Source: Antechinus flavipes
Lineage: Eukaryota
Reading direction: 5' to 3'
NCBI RefSeq assembly: GCF_016432865.1
Contig: NC_067399.1
Span: 258,974,001-259,038,000 of the forward strand
DNA length: 64,000 bases
Shown here: piece by piece, positions 20,193-33,750 of the stretch
Layout: each line of letters opens with the position of its first letter
How positions within the stretch are numbered: the first letter of the stretch is position 1
Notes under the pieces: generated by a model
Told to the model about the DNA's origin: nothing
Database searches by the model: none
The model's input: the letters and a program-made list of their open reading frames with translations, nothing else
Translations under genes and position numbers: made by a program

Positions 20193-23100
20193 TATGTGCC
20201 AGGCACTGTGTTAAGTGTTTTATAATCATTATCTCATTTAATCCTCACAGCAATGCTGGGAAGGAATTTATTATTATTCCCATTTTACAGATGAGGCAAA
20301 CAGGTTATGTTTGCTCAGGGTGACACAGCTAGTCGCTGTTGAAGCTGGATTTGAACTCAGGTCTTGGCTCCAGGACCTCTTTCCACTGTTTAGGAATACA
20401 GGGTATATTAGGGCAACACGGAGAGATGAGGCTGAGTTTGGAGCCAGATCATAAAAGGCCTTGAATGCCAGACCCGGGAGTTTGGACTTTGTCCTGTGAG
20501 CAGCATAAGCAACCGCTTACATTTCTTGAGTAGGAACACGGTGGAAGTAAGATTTGAGAACAATGAGTCCGACAGGACACGCAGGATGGACTGGTCTCTC
20601 CACATCTAGCAGCCCTCAGGAAGCAATCCCTGCCCAGAGGTGGCCGGTATGTGTGAGGACTCAATGCGTATGACCCAAGCGTGAGGAGCCCAGCAGAGAC
20701 TCGCCAACGCTATCAGCAAAGTACTGCCCGTTTGTGCCCCTATATGCGCCGGCACCATGGGTGCCCCTTTCCCGCCTGCTTCGCCCGGCTGCCCACGACC
20801 CATTTAACCACCTTCCTAGGCAGGAACTCCCTCCTCACCCTCCACCTCCCCCCCCCAAGCCCAACCTGGCACAGTAGCAGCCCCACCCTGACTGAGCCAC
20901 AAGAACTAGTCAGACCAGTTTGGGGAGAGTTTTGGGGGCGGGCCGAGGGAGAGAAATTGGTGGGGGGAGACAAGGAAGGGGAGGCTGCACCCTCCCCCTT
21001 CACTTTCTGCCAGATTCAGAGCAAAGTTGGCTCAAAGCAACTCTTCTGTTCCCACTACAGAAACTTGAGTTAAATTGAACCTGTCCCTACTCCTATGCCA
21101 GCTGCTCCTGGAACGCGAGCACCGTATATGATATGAGAAAGTAATGGCCAAGTTCAGGGGCCGGGGCCCATTCAGAACCGACTCATGGTCACAGGCCAAG
21201 AAGCTGTGCTGGGTATTGCTAAGACTCAGAATTAGATTCAAGTTCTATCTCTAACATTGGTTATGTGATCATAAGGAAGTGACTTTAATCTTTCTGAGCC
21301 TGTTTCCTCATCTGTGAAATGGGTACAATGTCTGTCCCAGTCACTTCATGCAGCTGTTGTGAAGAAAACGATGTGTAAATATTAGCTACTACTATTATTA
21401 TTAATCACTCCCTGACCATGTCCATACATTAAGGGGATATGTCCAGGTCAGATTCAGCTTTTAACATGGTCCTCCATGATCCTTCCTCATGCTCCACATC
21501 CAACTTATGTCTGTTCTGGTGTCTTGCCCATTACAACCCTGCAGTTCACAAGCTTCCCCCACCCCTACTTCGTGGAGTGATAAATGGAAGTTCGGTTGGT
21601 TGTTTTTCCTTGTTGGGGGGACCAAGCAGAGGTGGGCGAGCAGAGGGCCCTAAGGCTCCTTATCTCTCACAAGGCCATGTGTCTGGAAGCTGTGGTGGGA
21701 GATCTCATTGCAGGGCTTTTGTGACTGAAAGCGGAGCTGGCTCATCCTGAGCTCCTGGGTGGTAATGTGAGCCCCCACTGGGGGAGGGGGAGCCCTGAGC
21801 ACCTTGAGTACCCATCAGACTCCCTGGGATCTGGCCCTGGGGGCAGACACATGCAGAAGCACCAGATCCAGACCTGTGATCAGGGAGCAGGTAAGAGCTG
21901 GCAGGAGGACTGGGGCAGGGGGACAGAGAAAGCTGGGAGGGAGAGGGGGAAAGAGCTGGGAGCAGGTGTCTGGGAGAGAAGCAGTAGGAGAGGGAGAGAA
22001 GAAGGAAGAAGCAGGGAGATTCGGAAGTTGGGCCTGCAGTCAGGAATGATCTGGTACTACAGCAATGCTATCGGGTTTGGTCCTGGGGTAGAGGGATGGG
22101 GAAAAGATTGATGTGGAATGACTTCTAGCTCTATTCCCTGATCCCTGGTCAGCTTTGTAAACACCCAGGGCTAGAGAACTGAACTTCTGGGAATTCAGTG
22201 AATAGACCAAAGTAATGGCTGATCCAAAAAGTTTGTCTCTCAAATGGACATGGGTAGATTGCCAGATAGATAAATCTCCTCTGCCCCAGCTCCCTTGCAG
22301 GCAAACCCCAATGCAAGGAGATGGCTTCAGGGACCAGAGACCCCAAGCCTCAGCTGGAGATGAAGCCACCAGAGCCAGAGAGACAAATCTTCCCTCAGAC
22401 ATGCTCTCTTGGGCAAAATCCACAGGCCTGAGGCTCAAGTCCCGACAGCTGAGACAAAGGAGACTAAGGAGCTGGAAGATCGAGTCCTTCAGGCACTGGC
22501 CGAAGGCGATAGACAAAGTCCCAGGACCCCAAGGAAAGCCACTAAAAGTGATCTGAAGGCCACGGGAGAAGAGTGGGCCAGGCAGGAGATAAGCCTTTGA
22601 TTTGTAAAGTTCTTGACTCTTGAGATCCAGGAAGCATAAGACAAAGGTAGATTCTTTAGTTTGGGCCTAGGAGGAGCTTCTTGGAGGAGGAAGCTTGTTG
22701 TATCAGGCTATAACTAGCAGTTCTGATGCCTGGGGCAAAGTGACTAGGAAAACTTTGGGGTACAAGGGCCTCCAGAGCAGATAGATAGAGACTTCCGGAC
22801 AATGTCAGGCCATCGTTGTCCAGGCCACTGACTGCCTCCACCTCAGGATACCACTACCATATCCCACATCAGGCAAGGCTCACGGATCTTCATGGAACAT
22901 GGTACATGCTCTGTGTGCCATGGAACAAAGGCAGTGAGGGAGCAGAAGGAAAGTGCAGTCCTACTTGTCTCCACACTGTGGCCCAGACACCAACCACAGT
23001 GAGAGGAGTGGAATGGGACCACTGGGGGTCCCTGCACCTAGTGAGAGAGTGCAGGTGGTGGCTATACTGCCTGTCATGGGCCCGGCAAAGAACCATGAGG

Positions 23101-24841
23101 GAAAGGAGAGGGGCGAAAGGAGAAAGGAACTAGGTTCTCCGCTGGATGTTAAATGCCAGTCATCCTGCCTCAGATTCTCTTGTTGATTTCCCACAAGGTT
23201 CTGGGGGTCTGAACAGGGGAGAGGAAGGGGCCAGGGGAAGACAGATTCCTGAGATTTAATGTTAGTTCAGCATTTGGGGGAGTCACTTTCAGAGTCTAGG
23301 GGGTCTCTAAAGTGAATGTCAGGGTGAAGGGTGGGGATTTTGCCAAAGGTGAGAAAGGGTCTCTATAGGGATTCTTTGATAGGTCAAAGATCATCAGTGA
23401 ATGATACTATACCTGAGAAGGTTATTATTTCTCTAACCAGACTGAATGTCAAAAGGCAGGGACTGTGTTTTTGGTGCCTCCCATTGGCCTTAACACAAAA
23501 ATTAACAGAAATTGGGGTTTTTTAAAGATGTGTTGATTTTATCAATTTGACCTGGAGACCTAAAAGTCTGGTTTAGTGGGAAAGGAGGTAGAATGTTCAA
23601 AAAACATATGGCAGATCAGTCACCTCCCAAAATGTCCAATGGAGATCTCAACTCAGCAAAAATTTTTGAACCTAGCTATTCTCAACGTGTGATAAATTCT
23701 CCTGAGGACAGGAAGTGAGGTGATCACTAGGACTATAGTCCCTTAAGGACCAACCAGGAGGATGTCTCTGTTCATATAATCCTTCATTCCATTTTTCCTA
23801 CCCTTCCTGTACTCCAACAAAGTACCTTTAAAACATCTTTTTTGGGAGTCCTATAACTATTCCCTCTCCAAACTCTTCCCCAGGTCTCTGACCCCCATTT
23901 TGGCTATTCCTGAATTTTTCACTCCTCACTCTTCCAAGACTGAAAAGGGAGGAGTGGATAACTTTCTTTGTCCCTATACGATTTGAAAATAAAATGTTTA
24001 TGGTTCCTCATCTAAGCTCTGTGTGTTTTAGTTGCTGTGCCTCTGTGTGTGTGTATGTGTGTGCATGTTCTGTGCATGTATGATCATGGGATCAAGTGTT
24101 AGAAGTGTTAGAAGGCCAGGGGCACATCAAGGGTGTCAGAGCTGGTATTCAAACCCACATCCTCTGATAACAGGTCCAATGCTCACGCCCTATTGTTTTC
24201 CAGATGCGTTGCATGGTCCTAAACCCTGTCAAATGGATCAACAGCAGAAATGGATATGTTGTGGGGGGGGGAGGGTTATCAACAGAAATATCATTAATGA
24301 AGGCCCATTGCCATCTGTTTTACCATTGCATCCCAAGGACTATCTGACTTGCTGCTGAATCCTCCTGTGTGTGTGTTGTCTCCCACTATTAGAATGTAAA
24401 TTCTGTTAGAACAATGACTGTCTTGCTTCTCTTTTTGTGTCCCCAGTAAGTGTCTAACAGAGGCTTTTTTCATTCATTCATCTAGCCATCCAGTCATTCA
24501 CTACAGTTAGAATACCAGACTTGGGAATTAGGAATATCTGTCTTCATATTCTGTCTCAGACTTGATAGATAGTTTGATCATAGGCAAATAAGTCATTTAA
24601 CTTCTGTCAGAACCAATTTTTTCATCTGTAAGATGGGAGTATTATTTGTAGTGCTTCCTGTGTAAGGTTGTGACAAGGATAAAATGTTTGTAAAATGCTT
24701 TGCAAACCAGAAGATGCTATATAAAATTTTTATATGGTGGTTTCTTTTATACTAGTCTTTCTGACTCCATGTCTCCGTTGTCTGTACCCATGTGTATCCC
24801 CTGAAAGCAGAGCTAGAACAAAGACATGGATTGTTAAGTAA

Positions 24842-25474
<633 letters not shown>

Positions 25475-25879
25475 GTCCTGGACATGAGGTGCCTAGCCAC
25501 CAACCGAATCCTGCCACGAAGCAGCCGCTCACCACAGGACCCAGGCAGTCTTCCCTGGAAGCCCAGGTCCCTCTTCTCCGTCTGGGCCCTGGTTACATCC
25601 TGTGGCACAGCTCATCGCCGGTCCCTTGCCCTTCTCTCTGGGCCCCAACTCCATGCCAGTTGCTACTCACTTCTCAATGATGACTCACCTTCCTGGGCTC
25701 CCTACTAGGATCCTGAGTTGGGTTTGCTTGGAGGGTTCTGGTTCCCCAAGGTGGCAAAGGGCCTCTGGCTGCCAGAACCCATAATGGCTCCCGAGGAAAC
25801 GCAGACCCTGGAACTGAAGTCCCTGGAAGAGATAGAACTCTGGAGCGGGAAGCCCGAACTCAAACCCCATACTACCTAT

Positions 25880-25885
25880 ATTAAA
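25880..25885 (+). terminator. RNF224: Candidate polyadenylation signal (ATTAAA) for RNF224
   Basis: ATTAAA about 400 nt after the stop. Confidence 0.35.
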
Positions 25886-28800
25886 GGCTATATTGGCTTG
25901 TGCCCCAGGAGAGGCCATTTCCAGATCATCAGGGAGGGGTATCTAGGACCAGGACTGAGACCCCTATAGTTTGGTATACTGCACAGAGGCTGTGTTTACA
26001 ACCATTTGTTCTGCTGGGATTTTTTTGTCTTGTTTTGTTTTTTTACTAAAGTGTGACTATCTGCTCTGGTCTCTGTCCCCCATCTGCATATTTTCCTGAA
26101 GTCACAAAGTTTGTCTCTAACTGACTGAGGATCCTTCTGGCCCCAGGGTCACCTATCAGAGCTCTTTTCCCCTCATGCAGGGAACAAGATAGGGGAAAGC
26201 CATGAATGACCCCTTCAGGTCAGAAGCTGCTCTCCCATCCCAGGCCTGGAATATCACCTTGAACTATAGACACTGACCCCTTGGACCCTGATTCCTAAAT
26301 GATCCTCAGACACTGGGGCTTCTCAGAAAGTGATTCGGGGTGCTGATCCCAAGTAGGACTTTTAGTCAATTCCTGTATTGTCCAGAAGGGGATAGTGCTC
26401 CCTCTCTTTTGGCAGTTTTCTTTGAACCTAGGTCCCAAGATGATGCCCTAAGCTGCTTGGTTGTGGAGGGGAGGGGAAGGCATCCAAGGGAATGTGCTGA
26501 CCCAAGAGGGACACAGATCTGCCTCACCCACCAAGTCCAAAGTCTCATATGCCCACAGGGAACATGCAGAGAATGGGGACTCCCCACAGGTTGGCCCCCT
26601 GGGGAGTACGTCTAAACCTGACCCTGGCATGGGGGGTGCTTAGCCATTGATCCTGCTGCCCCAGATGGGGGACTCATCTGGGAGGGGCTGGTCTCTAGAA
26701 AAGGGAGCACCAGAGATAGTGCCCCAAGAGCACAAGGGGGGGGGTCTATAACAAGGCCCACAGCCAGTCTTAGTCAGAATTCTGTTTGTAACTAGGGTAA
26801 GAGCTCAGTCTACAGTCAGGGTTCCAAATCAGTCAGTGGCTGATCTCAAGGCTCAGTTTGGGACCAAAGTTAAGTACAGAATCAAAAAAAATACTTGGGA
26901 TATTAGAGACCGTCCCATTCCTTCTCCAAGGATTTCATTCTAACCATGGTTCGACAAGACCTCACTCTAAATCTAATATTGACTCCGTTGATGACTTGTT
27001 AAACCTAGTCTTGCCCCCATTCCGGAAACAGATATTTAACTCGATTTTCTTTTCCTCTACCTTTTCCTTATCCAAACCCTGACTCATTCTTTTTATAAAA
27101 TTAGTTAATTTTTAATATATGTTGTTTTATGAATTATGTTGGAGAGAAAAATCAGAACAAAAGGGGAAAACCATGGGAAAGGAAAAAAAAAACAAAAAAG
27201 AAGTGAACATAGCAGGTGTTGATTTACAGTCAATCTTCATTCTATTTCTGGAGGCAGATAGCATTTTCTATCCAAAGTCTATTGAGATTGCATTAGACCC
27301 TGACTCATTCTTAACTCAGAATAATCCTGCACTCACTCTCCAGTATCTTTATCCTCCCTTTGCCCCAGCATGGACTCTAGAAACAGAAGCTAACCCTGGT
27401 TTGCCCACTCTGCTCTCATTTTCCTTTTAGAAAAGTGGATGATGCCCTTGGGAAGGTGAACAATGGACAGGGAGATAGCAGGAAGGAAGAGCACGTAAAC
27501 GGTTCAAGGCTAAGCATCTCTTTATCAGAGAGCTCTATAGCAGATAAGCCATGTAAGGCATTTGCCAGCTCAGGATTCAGGCACCTCAGAGTTGGTTTTC
27601 TTAAATCCACGTTTCTTCTAGATGTTCTGGAGTTATGTAGAGAAAGCCAAAACCAAAAGAAGAGCTGGAACCTGGGGACGTAGAATATCAAACCCAGGTT
27701 CCTTTGCCTTCCGCCTTGCCAGTGGCATAAGGACAGGTAGAAGTCAGGCTTTGTATGGGTCATGTGTCCCTGAGTGCAGTTGTGGTCATGGTTAAATGTA
27801 TCTGTCCCCTGGCTTCTCCAGGATGGGGAAAGGGATCAGTGTCATCAAACAGATGACCTGTCAGGGATGGTCCAGTTTCCAGGTAAGAGGAGGCACTGAA
27901 ACCAAGAAAGTGTGATCTTCTTGCTGGAAGGGCTCGGGGGTAGACAGCTTGGTCCCTTAGGGGTGTCTGGCCTGGAGGACCACGTCAGAAATGTGGTGTC
28001 CTCACCAGGGAGTGGGGGGCAGATTAGCTCCCGGGTAAACATTAATGGGGTGGTGCTTATAGTGGGTCATGTGTGAGCAAAGCTGGATCTTTGACCTGAA
28101 GCTGCTCCCGTGGGTTCAAGGCACTACCAGGCTCTTATACAGCCTCCTAATCACTTCTCAGAGGGTGCCTTGGGGCCAAGAGGCTGCTCAGGTAGGAGCC
28201 TTAGGGAGTAGGACTTGGGGCTTGGCTGGGGCAGCAGGTGGATGTATTAGAGAGGGTGGGATGGCATTCTCTCACGGGATACCAGGGTTTATCCTTTCAT
28301 CCCTAGCTACCCTAGTAGTTAATGGCAGGAAAGAACTACAAGGGAGAAGAAAAGTGGCCAAAAAGGAGAGGAGAGCAGGACACATGCACCTCCATCTCTT
28401 CTCATATCACCTGAAAACGAGGAGAGTGACAGAGGGGGTATACCCCCCTCTTGCCTTGTAAAATCTCAGAATCAGGCAAGAGGGAGCTGCTGACTGTGAC
28501 ACGACATGACATGATGTCTGTGCTTGTGGGTGAATTGTGAGGAGGAAATGGGAGGAGGACCTGGGTTGTGATGGGCTTAAATATCCAGGGGAGGTGGAAA
28601 CATGTGGAGGCAACCTGGTCCACTGTAAAAGAACACTGGATGTGAGGTTGGAAGACCTGCGATTGAATCCCACTTCTAATACTTACGACTTGTGTGATTT
28701 TGGACAAGTCCCTTTTATCTGTAAATGAGAGAATTGGGCTGGGAGGCTTCTGAGGTCCCTTCCAACTCCATATCTCTGATCTTAAGAATCTTCTGGAGGT

Positions 28801-29249
28801 ATGGAGGGAAGCAGTTGCTTCCAAATAAAAGCTAAAAATCAGGCTATGGGAAAGCCAAGGTTAAGATTAAAGATGAACAGTATGGCTTTTGCGGGGCACT
28901 AAGTGTGGAGAAATTAGGACCTTGGCTTTCCAACAAATGAGTAGGAGCGCTGATCTCTAGGCTCTTGGTGTCTTCCCCGTATCATTCTCTAGTTCTAACC
29001 TATATCTCTTATTGAGCATACGATCCAGGAATTGTAATAGTAAATTGTCACTCTAGTCATTTCAAATGCCAAAGTCTAATCCAAAACCATCTACAGTGTC
29101 TTTAATGACACGAGATAGGAAGGGTCACTGAGTTCTCCACTCAGGGCCAGATTCTGATGTTACCTTCCCACTTTGCCCTCCTTGCCCTCTTCTCCACCCT
29201 AACCCTTGTCCCAACCCGAAGATAGCTTGATCTGATTGTGTACATCCTG

Positions 29250-29433
29250 GAAGAATTGGCAGGAACAGTTTAAATAAAGGGACTTCTGGATGGGCCCAGA
29301 CCTTAGGAGGACAGAGGGACAGATGAGACCATGGGTTACCTGAAGCCTCTGAATTTGCCTCTTGTAATAGAGCATCATCACTTCTACTGTGGGTGCAGAT
29401 TCTGGCTTGGAAGGATATATTTGTAACAGACAG
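29250..29433 (+). promoter_or_regulatory. SLC34A3: Putative SLC34A3 core promoter and non-coding exon 1
   Basis: TATA-like tttaaataaa at about 29268-29277; donor CAG|GTGGGA (GT 29434-29435); next acceptor ttcattccccacAG at 29580-29581. Confidence 0.35.
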
Positions 29434-29617
29434 GTGGGAGAAAAACACAGACCTGAAGCCAAAGAAGTTATCTTCTGTGGAGGTGAGGAGCAGAGACTCA
29501 GGATTTCTGGTTCCTTTACATTCCCTGCCAGGGAAAGAAGGAACCTTTCCAACCGTCTGTCATTCTTTTCATTCCCCACAGCCAGCCTGAGACCTGGCCC
29601 TACACTGACCCCTGCCC

Positions 29618-29696
29618 ATGTCTCACTCTCAGCCTGGCCACAAGGCCCCGACCACAGTCGCTATCGGCCTTGAGGGACAGAGAACTGGAGATGCAG
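29618..29696 (+). CDS. SLC34A3: SLC34A3 coding exon 1 (human exon 2 equivalent): MSHSQPGHKAPTTVAIGLEGQRTGDA-G
   Basis: Acceptor at 29580-29581 (exon starts 29582), ATG 29618, donor CAG|GTACCA; phase 1 matches the next exon. Confidence 0.8.
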
Positions 29697-29918
29697 GTAC
29701 CAGAAAAGCCTTCTTCCACACCCTCCCCTCTCTCTTTGATTCTCTGTTCTTTACTTCTCTGTTCCTCATCCCCCAACTCCTGAGTCCTGTAACACACCCT
29801 GACTCTATCTCAGCTTCTGCCCTGTTTGGTGGCTTCCTTGCCCCATCCTAGAAAGCTGGCCCTTATCCTGGGGTCCAGCTCAGCCATTCATCCTGGCCCT
29901 GACGCAGACCCTCCACAG

Positions 29919-30032
29919 GGATGGAAGAATTCAGAACTCAGGTCCCTGAATGGACCCCAGAATTGGAGGAAGAAGGGGTAGCGGACCCTTGGGCCCTCCC
30001 ACAGCTGAAAGCATCTGGCCCATCATGGAAAG
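29919..30032 (+). CDS. SLC34A3: SLC34A3 exon 3: GMEEFRTQVPEWTPELEEEGVADPWALPQLKASGPSWK-E
   Basis: ctccacAG| acceptor, AAG|GTGAAT donor; the DPWALPQLK motif is conserved in NaPi-II N-termini. Confidence 0.88.
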
Positions 30033-30530
30033 GTGAATCCTATTCTTGTCTCTGAGGTAGAGAAGATCAGAGCCAGTCAGAGACAAGAATTTAAAAGGAG
30101 GCAAAAAAGCATCTGCTGTTGGAGGAAACATCTTATAGTCAAGGAAAAGAACTGCAAATAAATTCTTTGAGTTTTGGTTCTCAAAGAGCCCTTATGATTC
30201 CATCCCCATTTAATAAATAGAGAAACTGAGGGTATGGGGAGAGTGATTAAAGTTGTAGAATTGGGGTATGGAATAGGCATGTAGGGATTCAGGTGAGTAG
30301 GGGAAACACGAGACAGGGTTTAGGGTTGTGAGGTCAAAACAAGGAATGAAAATAGAAATAAAGGATTAAAATTGGAAAGAGGAATATGGCACAGAGATGC
30401 AGGGACTGGTATATGGAAAGGGAATGTTAGGATGAGGGGGATGGATTTGGGATGTAGGAATTAAGTTTATCAAATAAGGGTAAGCATGGAAGCCCTGGGC
30501 AAAAGAACAATGTCTACTTTGTTCCCTCAG

Positions 30531-30659
30531 AGCTGAACTGGAAAGATCGGCTACGCCATGTGGTCATTGGTGTCCTGAAGGGTTTTGCCCTTCTTGGCCT
30601 CCTCTACCTCTTCATTTGTTCCCTGGATATTCTCAGCTCTGCCTTCCAGCTACTGAGCA
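30531..30659 (+). CDS. SLC34A3: SLC34A3 exon 4: [43 protein letters not shown]
   Basis: 129 nt, AG/GT boundaries, first TM segment [17 protein letters not shown]. Confidence 0.96.
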
Positions 30660-30984
30660 GTGAGTGATGTTGGGCATGACCAGGGGAGGTTTAGGAATCA
30701 CTAACTTAAACAATTTTTTTTTTCCATTTACAAATAAATTTCCCCTCTTCCTTCCTGCCCCCATCTCACCATTGAAAAGCAAAGGAAAAAGAAACTCTTG
30801 TAAAGATGGATAGTCAAATAATACAAATTATTATACTAGCCACATGTAATAGAATATATCTAGTTCTGCATCCTCAGTCTGTAAAGTGGTGGGTAGCATG
30901 CTTCATTGTGGGTTTTCTGCAATCATGGCTGATCACTGGGTGCATCAGATTATTTTCAGAAGTCTTTCAAACACTTTTGTACCA

Positions 30985-31514
<530 letters not shown>

Positions 31515-31685
31515 TGACTGTGATTTTCTGCTCTGCTCTCGGGCGACTAGGCCTCCAGTTTCACAGAAAAATGGATTTTGTGGGAGGACTGATGGGGGTA
31601 GGGGTGGGGAGGAAAAGGTCCTCCCCATATCTACCCCAATCTCAGGGCTGAGAATTCTAGAAGTTGAGCTGGATTTTCTCTTCAG

Positions 31686-31797
31686 TGCTGACTGTTAAAG
31701 CTTCGGTTCCGATCATCATGGGAGTCAATGTGGGCACATCTATCACCAGCACCTTAGTCTCCATGGCCCAATCGGGTGCCAGAGATGAATTCCGGAG
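31686..31797 (+). CDS. SLC34A3: SLC34A3 exon 6: [38 protein letters not shown]
   Basis: 112 nt; [12 protein letters not shown] motif; AG/GT boundaries. Confidence 0.97.
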
Positions 31798-31953
31798 GTG
31801 ATTAGGGGGAAAGGCTGGAGAGGGGGAAGGTGGGAAGTCCAGGGGTTAAGGAGGGAGACACTGGGGAGGGTCCTTGGGTCTTCCCAGGGCCTGGGAGGGA
31901 GGTCTATGGTGGAGAATATTTTTACATCGTATCGTGTGAACTTGGTATTGCAG

Positions 31954-32149
31954 AGCCTTTGGTGGCTCTGCTGTCCATGGCATTTTTAATTGGATGACAG
32001 TTCTGGTGCTGTTGCCCCTGGAAGTTGCAGCCAGAGCTCTGGAGAAACTCAGTGGCCTGGTGGTGGGAGCCTTTACGCTCAGCCCTGGGCAACGGGCACC
32101 CGACATCCTGAAGGTGCTAACCCAGCCCCTCACCCATCTCATTGTGCAG
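31954..32149 (+). CDS. SLC34A3: SLC34A3 exon 7: [24 protein letters not shown]...[18 protein letters not shown]
   Basis: 196 nt; AG/GT boundaries; IIc-type VHG motif. Confidence 0.97.
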
Positions 32150-32399
32150 GTACCTTCCAGGAGAATGGAGGGAGAGAGGGATCAGAATCTTAGGGTTATT
32201 GGGTTTCTCTTTGAGGCTTAATTCATTTATTAATTGAATAGCTTCTGTTTCATTTTTCTATGACATCCTAAGAAAGTTTTAATAAAAGTAACTTAGCTCA
32301 ATGGGCCTAAAATCAACATTGGTAAAGTATCTTGCTTTTCAAAGAGAGAGAGATTTGGAATTAGGATTTATTAAGTCATTGTCTGGATCACAGAAGAAC

Positions 32400-33330
32400 T
32401 AGAGAAGTTCTTGCATTAATTTCGGCTTCAATGACATAGCTCTGCATTGGTTATCTTCTTCATCTGAAGTCAACTTCTGAGTCGCTATTGATTCATCTTT
32501 GTTCTCCTGTCTGCTAACTGTGGGGAGCCCCCAAAGAACATTCTGTTCTTGACCTTTTTCCTCTTCTTTCTATATTTTATTCCTTAATGATTTAATCTCT
32601 TTCCATGGCTCCAATTTTCAACTGTGCACATGACTATCAAATCTATATAATCAGCATTATAACATTTGTGAAAGTGAAAGCATGTCATGCTTCATGTCTA
32701 TATCTTTATTATCCAGCACAGTACCTTGTAAGTAAACCTGTAAGAAGTGTTTCTTGAGCTGATTTGTTCATCTAGCTCTGATTTCTTCCCTGAGCTCCAG
32801 ACCTATGACTTCAGCTGCCTAGAAGTACTACCAGATCCTCAAAGTAAACATGTCCCAAACTGAACTCATCATCTTCTCAAACCCATTCCTTCCCCTAGTG
32901 TCTCTCTGCTCCTGTTGAGGGTACTTCCATGCTCCTAGCCAGCCAGATTTTACATCTCAGAGTTGACTTTAATTCTTCCCTCTCTTCTACTTCTCACAAC
33001 CAATATATTCCCAAGTCCCATTGACTTGGAATAGAGCACAATATCTTTTCCATCCATTTCCTTCCCTTCTCTTTACTTCCACTAACTCTTTTTTACTGCA
33101 CCATTACCCCTGTCTTGCGTTACTGTCATAGCCTTCCAAGTGGTCACTCTCAGCTTCCAAATTGTTTGCTTCCTTCTTCACACAGCTGACTAAAGAATCT
33201 CCTTAATGTATCACAAATGACCTTATTTCTCCTCTATGACTTTTCCTGTTGCCTACAGGATCAAATACAATCTTCTTAGCTTTGGCATTTAAATCCCTTC
33301 ACAAAATGGTTGCACTCTTATCTTTCTAAT
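32400..33330 (+). mobile_element. L2 LINE RT/3' remnant in SLC34A3 intron 7
   Basis: gtggggagcccccaaag...ccatggctccaattttcaactgtgcacatgactatcaaatctat (decayed GVPQGS...HGFNYHLYADDSQIY). Confidence 0.7.
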
Positions 33331-33496
33331 TTTATTTCTGTAACCAGTAGTCTAGAAGACCATAAGCTCTTGGCTTACACAACCAGATTCAGGCTTAGAG
33401 GAATCCCTAAAAGGGTCATAGTGTCCTTTGGCTGATATCACCATCCTGAATTTATTTGGGGAAGTCTCTAAATGTAGTTCCTTCCTAGGTTTATTT

Positions 33497-33750
33497 GGAG
33501 CAACTAGGTGGCACAGGGGATAGAACACTAGGCTTGAAATCAGGATCTTTCTGAGTTCAAATCTGGTCTCAGATACTTACTGAGCTGTGTGACTCTAAGC
33601 AAGTCACTTATCCCTGTTTGTATCAGTTTCCTCATCTGTAAAATGAGCTGGAGAAGAAAATGACAAACTATTCCAGTATCTTTATGAAGAAAATCCCAAA
33701 TGGGATCATGAAGAGTAATGCACAATTGAAATGACTCAACAAGAACAAAA
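33497..33750 (+). mobile_element. Mar1-type CORE-RTE SINE
   Basis: gcaactaggtggcacag...gagttcaaatctggtctcagatacttact...cagtttcctcatctgtaaaatgagctggagaag...gaaatgactcaacaag. Confidence 0.85.

Noticed and set aside
22466-22510. ELEDRVLQALAEG resembles the first helix of Zalpha winged-helix domains
   Set aside because: The downstream Zalpha signature (N..LY, P..W) is absent; the similarity is too short to support.
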